Source: Eledone cirrhosa
Taxonomy: Eukaryota
DNA length: 64,000 bases
Assembly: GCA_964016885.1 (NCBI GenBank)
Contig: OZ024748.1
Location: forward strand, 18,662,001 to 18,726,000
Reading direction: 5' to 3'
Positions 58,126 to 64,000 of the stretch are shown here, piece after piece (the first letter of the stretch is position 1; the number at the start of each line of letters is the position of its first letter). Position numbers and translations under genes: made by a program. The notes below the pieces were generated by a model. The model made no database searches. It had not been told where the DNA came from and saw only the letters and a program-made list of their open reading frames with translations.

Positions 58126-58135
58126 ATACTTTCAG

Positions 58136-58271
58136 CAATCTTTGGCCAATACCTTAAAGAGACGATGTTATATGAACACAAGAATAAAACTAAGAGAAAG
58201 GTTCCTTATATAACTGAAGCTTGTGTCAACTTCCTTGAAAAATACGGATTAGAAACTGAAGGTGTATATAG
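58136..58271 (+). CDS. ARHGAP24-like: ARHGAP22/24/25-like exon, start of RhoGAP domain
   Basis: tttcag acceptor, AG|gtaata donor; encodes AIFGQYLKETMLYE...VPYITEACVNFLEKYGLETEGVYR (arginine-finger codon split by the intron); not shown in this frame in the ORF track. Confidence 0.9.
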
Positions 58272-58297
58272 GTAATACTGTATTCCTTTGTTATATA

Positions 58298-58331
<34 letters not shown>

Positions 58332-59188
58332 CTTGCATGCACACACCTATACACATGCACGCACCTACACACACACACACACACACACACACCTACACAC
58401 ACACACACACACCTACACACACATCATTTAGTTAGCAAGGATTGCATGTATCATCACAGACAAGTCAGTACTGAAGCAGAGCCACTTAGCTTCAGGCGGG
58501 CTCAGGGTCTGACATGATCCCCTTGCTCTACCAAGTGTATTTTATCATGGCATTAACACAGGGGAAGTTGTCAAATCCTTAACACTGCTGAAGAGTCCTC
58601 CTGGCCCTTTGTTTGGCAGGTTTTCAATGGTTGGACATCCTTCCTCTCACCAACCACTTTACAAAGTGTACTGGCTACATTTATCATGTTGATCACCAAT
58701 ACTAGGGAAGTTGTCATGTCTATGACACAACTGAAGAGTCCTCTCGACCCTTTATTTGGCAAGTTTTCTGTGACATCATCATCATTTAATGTCCATCTTC
58801 TACGTTAGCATGGGTAGGACGGTTTTGTCCCACTTGAAGTGAGATTGGTCGAGAAACCGTGTCTCACTTGTACAGAACTGTCTCTGGCAGGTTTTCTATG
58901 GCTGGATGCCCTTCCTAACACCAACCACATTTATAGTGTGGATACATATATATAAGTAAATTAATAACAAAATGAGATGATGAAATAAATGAGATGATAT
59001 TGTAAATATATCTTAAAATTAATTAGTTTTCTAATATGTGAAGACAAAATCTTCATACATTATTGTCAGTTTTTTTTATTAAATTCTATAACAAACAAAT
59101 AATTTCTTTAAAACTTTACAATATTTACCAAATTCTTATTTTAACCCAAATTAACCCAAACATTTATTTCATTTTTATTTTCTCTCAG

Positions 59189-60383
59189 GTTAGCTGGTCG
59201 TATTGTATTAATAAAAGAATTACAAGAAAGTTTTGACACAGGTCTTGGTATTAAACTAGAAGACAGTGAGGCTGACGTACACACTATCGCATCTTTATTG
59301 AAATTATATCTCCGTGAACTACCAGACTCCATAATCCCTAGCGAACATTTCCAGAAATTCATGAGCATTGCCTACGAAGCTGTCGACAAACATAAGAACC
59401 AAGATGAAGCATTCATTCCCAGACTAGTAGAGGCTGTAAATATTTTGGAAGTGGACAACTACAACATTTTGCAGTATTTGTGCAAGCATCTTTACAAGGT
59501 TTCACAGTATTCTGATGTCAACAAAATGACACTAGCAAATCTGGCAATGGTCTTTGGACCGAACATGATTCGTCACGAAGATGGAAACCCAGAGATTCTA
59601 CGTGCCACTGCAGATTTAAACCAGAAGCTGGCCTTAATACTTATCAAACATTCAGATGTAATTTTTGCCAACGATCGTGACATCGAGTCAAACTTACTTG
59701 ACATGCCATTGGTACTTCCTTGTGATGCTCCATTACTAGAACCTTTATGTAATAATGCAAACGAGGCTCCGATACAACCCAGTGACATTGTATTCCAACT
59801 CACTGATGATTCTAACAATTTATCATCATTATCATCAGTGATTAATATAACAAAAACAGAAAACGAATTCACAAAACCTGACCTTCCACTCCGGGTAAAA
59901 AAATCAAATAGTTCTAGGCTTCATCGGCGTTTAAGACTTATCGAAAAGAACAGCAACTTTAGTGAGTCTCTGAGTTCTCCAGAGTGTGTGAAGTCTCCTG
60001 TTTCACCTACCATGCCACTTCCTGCATTCTTCAACAAAGACCGTGGATATGTTGAAAACTCTGGTGAGATAGCTTCCCCATCGGCGGTCAGTTTAAACTG
60101 GGGACATTTCACACCAATCAATTCTGTATGTAGTACGTCTGAAGCCAAACACATTCCAGGCATCGACCAAGATGAGACTTCCAAACCCGCAACCGAGGTA
60201 GAGAAACTGAAGAAAGATTTAGTTCGAATGAAGATTTTATATGAAGAGAAAGTAGGAGAGGCTGAAAAATTAAAAGAACAACTGCAAAGCCAGTATAATG
60301 CCAAAGAAATGGCAATTGACAAAATTGTAGAATTACAAGAAATGCTGAACAAATACAAAATTCGGTATGGGGAATTAAAATGA
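59189..60383 (+). CDS. ARHGAP24-like: ARHGAP22/24/25-like terminal exon: RhoGAP core, Ser-rich linker, C-terminal coiled coil
   Basis: tctctcag acceptor; LAGRIVLIKELQESFD...DVHTIASLLKLYLRELP...NKMTLANLAMVFGPNMIR; heptad-like tail; TGA at 60381-60383. Spliced CDS from ATG 51313 is 1683 nt (560 aa + stop). Confidence 0.93.
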
Positions 60384-61516
60384 TTTTATATTTGTATATA
60401 ATTTTTTTGGGAAGAATTATGAAAACATCAAAAACTTCAGTTATTTTATTATTATTATTCATCAGATGGAAAGATCATTTATTTTTTATTGAAATGGAGG
60501 GATAGTGAGGTTCATGTACTACAAAAGATTTCCTTGTTCCCCCACCTGGTGTACAAAGTTTTAACAATGGTTGTATGAAGAGACAATAGATACACTACAT
60601 AGAATATCCTCCCTTCCTCCCACACACGTTCTTCCTCTTCTGCTAATAGAAGGTTCTTAAGTGAATGGATAGCATCATGCAGATTGTAAAAAAATATATA
60701 TTTCATTCATCCAACATAAACATTTTGATTGGTTCATTAGTGAAAGAGGCTGTGCCTTGTTAGAGGTACTAAAAGAGATGGTATTTTATTTGACGGAGGA
60801 ATCCTTTATAACATTTTATTGGTTGCTGCAGTGTGGATGTAGGATGTAGGGTGGGTGTCTGCCAACTTATAATTCTGTATAAAGTACACAGAGTGAAGAA
60901 CAGTAAGGAGAGCAGTGCTATAATCTGTTAGTTGACTTGAGGAGAGGAAGACTTCTCACAGAATGTAAATTGAATGATGAAGACATTCTTACATATAGAA
61001 TAGAATTGTTGCCTGAGACAAAATTTGTTTTACGTTTTAAATATATATATATAGATAAATATATATAAATATATATTTTTCTTTAAATGAGGTTTGAATG
61101 GAGTAATAGAACAAAGAGAAGAATTTATTACAAACAGAAATATATTTTATGAAAATGTCACACAGAACTTATGAAAAAACAACAGCAATTCTTAAATAAT
61201 ATTTCTAAACCTCTTTTCTCCATACACCAAAGATATTTTTTATGTACATTCTTCAATTATTTTTTTCCACAGTCTAAAGCATTTACCAAAGGTGAATGTA
61301 ACAAATGTTATGAAAAGTTTATATAAAGAAACAGCAATGTTTTGTATTTGTAAAGTTTTAAGAATGTAGCTCAATGTCGATGACAGAAAGTCTGGGTTTC
61401 TCTAGCACAGTGAAGAAATAAGTTATTGTACATACCAGTTTTGTATCAAACTGGTTGATTCCAAATACTTAAATGTCTACAAGTGGCACTTACTTGGTAA
61501 ATAACAGAACACTTTA

Positions 61517-61570
<54 letters not shown>

Positions 61571-64000
61571 TATATATATAAATGTAATATTGAATAATGT
61601 GTATTTTTTTCATGTTTGATTCCACAGTTTAAACTGTTTACCAAGAGTGAGTGTCACAAATGATGAGTTAAGTTTGTATAAAGAAAGAAACAGTTAATGT
61701 TTTAGGAAGGTTCAGGGTTGATCACAAGAAATCGGGGTCTCTGTAGCACCATGAAGGAATGGTAAACTATTATTTTGTATCAATGTTTTGAACTGACTTT
61801 TTTTTTTGTTTTTCGTTTTTTTCTTTTCCAATGTTTTCATCGTTTAGCTGAGTGTTGTCCTAGAGAGAACTTGTCTAACTCTTGAAACCATGGAAAAGTG
61901 AACGTGAAAATGATGATAATTTTCAAATGTTTAAATGTCTTTGAGTAGCTGCCACTGGCTAAGTAATGATACACTTTATAAATTATTATTATTATTATTA
62001 TTATCATTATTATTAGCGCAGTGGATTGGCAGTATTGGTAGAGCATCAGACATCATGATTTGCAACATAGTTATGGCTCTTTATGTTTTGAGTTCAAATC
62101 CTGCCGAGGTTTGCCTTTCATCCTTACAGGATCGATTTAATCGACTTTCCTCTCCCCATAAATTGCTGGCCTTGTGTCTATAGTAGAAATTATTATTATT
62201 ACATCCATTATGTACTGAGTTCAAATCCTACTGAGGTTAGCTTTGTTTTTCATCCTTATGAGGTCGATAAAATAAAGCACCAGTAATGCACTGGAGTCTA
62301 TTTAATCGATTTTTCCTGCCTCCCCAAAATTGTTGGCCTAGTGCCTGAATCAGAAACCATTATTATTATCAATATTGGACAATACTGCTGCAATTATAAT
62401 AGAAATTTTTTTATTTTATATTTTTTACTTGACTCAAAACTTTTTACTTGATAAGTTGAATAAAGTAAAATGAGGGACATGGTGTGGACTCTAGAAATGT
62501 TACTCTCATACATCAATATATTACTGGTATTTAATATATATATTAACTCAGAAAGAATTTGAATTTAGGAAAGTGAAGCTCTGAGACTAAGATAATGTGA
62601 TTGTTATTTAGTTCTCAGCTTAGCCTTGATCAAACAGACAGACCATATGATCAAATACTTTCCAACCATGACTGTCACCCCAGGTTCACATGAATAAGAC
62701 CCTATTTAGAGAGAACAAAGTAATTTATTTTTTCACCTCGAATTTTTTACTTTTTACCAGCAGACCTTTATTTTTTTACCTACTCCTCCCCCTAACTAAA
62801 CCCCTCTTAATGGAAGTCATGTTTTTAATTATTTATTTGCAGTCCTGTTTCTATAAAATTGGGAATTAAAGGAACCTTTTTATTAGTACCAGGGGGTGAA
62901 TTGAAGGTGTATGAACCAGGGATGGAGTGGATAGGATGGAGGTTAAACATCTACGCTGGGGGGGGGGGGGGGGTAATCATCATTAATTCTACAAATTCAT
63001 AAATATGTCATTTATATTAAATTACTGATTTAGTTTTAAGTCTTAAACCATTTATTTTCATATGTGAGTTTTATATATAGTTCATCAGTTGGTAGTTTCA
63101 ATTTTAAATATGAGGAGAATTTGGCCCAGTCAAGACACATGGCCTAGCATGTTAAGATGCTGGACTTGTGATTGTAAAATCATGAGTTCGATTCCTGGGC
63201 TAGGCAATGTGTTTTGTCCTTGAGCAAGACACATTGTTCCTGTTCACTGCTCAGCTGAAAATAAAAAGATGAGTACCAGCAAAAGCTGGGGTTTAATACT
63301 GTGATAAACTGGCATTCCTTCCAATCACTTAATACCAATAAAATTAAGATAAATTCTGATCTGAACCTCTGAGTTTTGGGCAGATTTTGGCCATGTGTGA
63401 AGACTTCCTCATCTGTTCTCTAAACTGATGGAATATTTTTTTATAATCTTTTTTTCGTTATTTTTACATCCCAGATTGGTGCTAACTGATTTAGATAACA
63501 TGTCTTTCGTTTTTCTTTTTTCTTTTTGTTGTTTTTCATAAATTAAGTATTTCCATAGATGTATATATTAATAATCATTAGTTTGGTGTATTTAGGAGAA
63601 GGTGGGGGTGCAAGTGTGAAGGGGGAATTAGATGAAAAGTTGTGATGTTGATGCCTTTCCTAAAGACGATATTAACAATGTAATTGCTATGTAACAATCC
63701 CAACTGAGATGTACACACTCATCTCATCTGCTTACTTGAAATATCATCTATTTAGCCCTCCCACTCTACACACCATTCACGCCATAAAATATGTCATCTA
63801 GTGCTATCATCAACCTTTGAGTTTTTACTTAACACCTCTATACTTCCTCTCTTTCTCCACGCACATGTCCTCTCTGTCTCTGTTTCTTCTTTCTGTCTTT
63901 ACACACATAGTCTCTATCACGTATAATATATAAATCTGTGTACTTGTGTAATATATAACTGTGTATAATATATAACTGTATGTATGTATATAAATAATAT

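Overview
AT-rich, microsatellite-saturated animal genomic DNA. The SINE families and (TA)n load resemble octopus/cephalopod genomes, which is an inference. One host gene is supported: a + strand PH-RhoGAP-coiled-coil gene of the ARHGAP22/24/25 type. Its four coding exons (51285-60383) join in frame through GT-AG introns, and a candidate upstream exon at 11218-11316 would imply a ~40 kb intron. The rest is mobile DNA and simple repeats. This includes a full-length, apparently intact Tx1/L1-clade LINE (1965-7989) with a 21-bp TSD in an (ATT)n tract and a truncated relative. It also includes Penelope-like (PLE) RT and GIY-YIG relics, RTE and CRE-like 3' ends, a Helitron helicase relic, a complete non-autonomous Helitron, Tc1/pogo/piggyBac-type MITEs, many tRNA-derived SINEs, minisatellites and ~13 kb of strand-polarised (TA)n/TATG tracts. 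The most notable hidden layer is a set of 5-6 type I hammerhead-ribozyme motifs in short elements next to microsatellites. One (25467-25620) has a perfect 10-bp stem I and a ~115-nt extended stem II. There is also a perfect 248-bp palindrome and a possible HDV-like ribozyme relic. Most long ORFs in the track are microsatellite artefacts.
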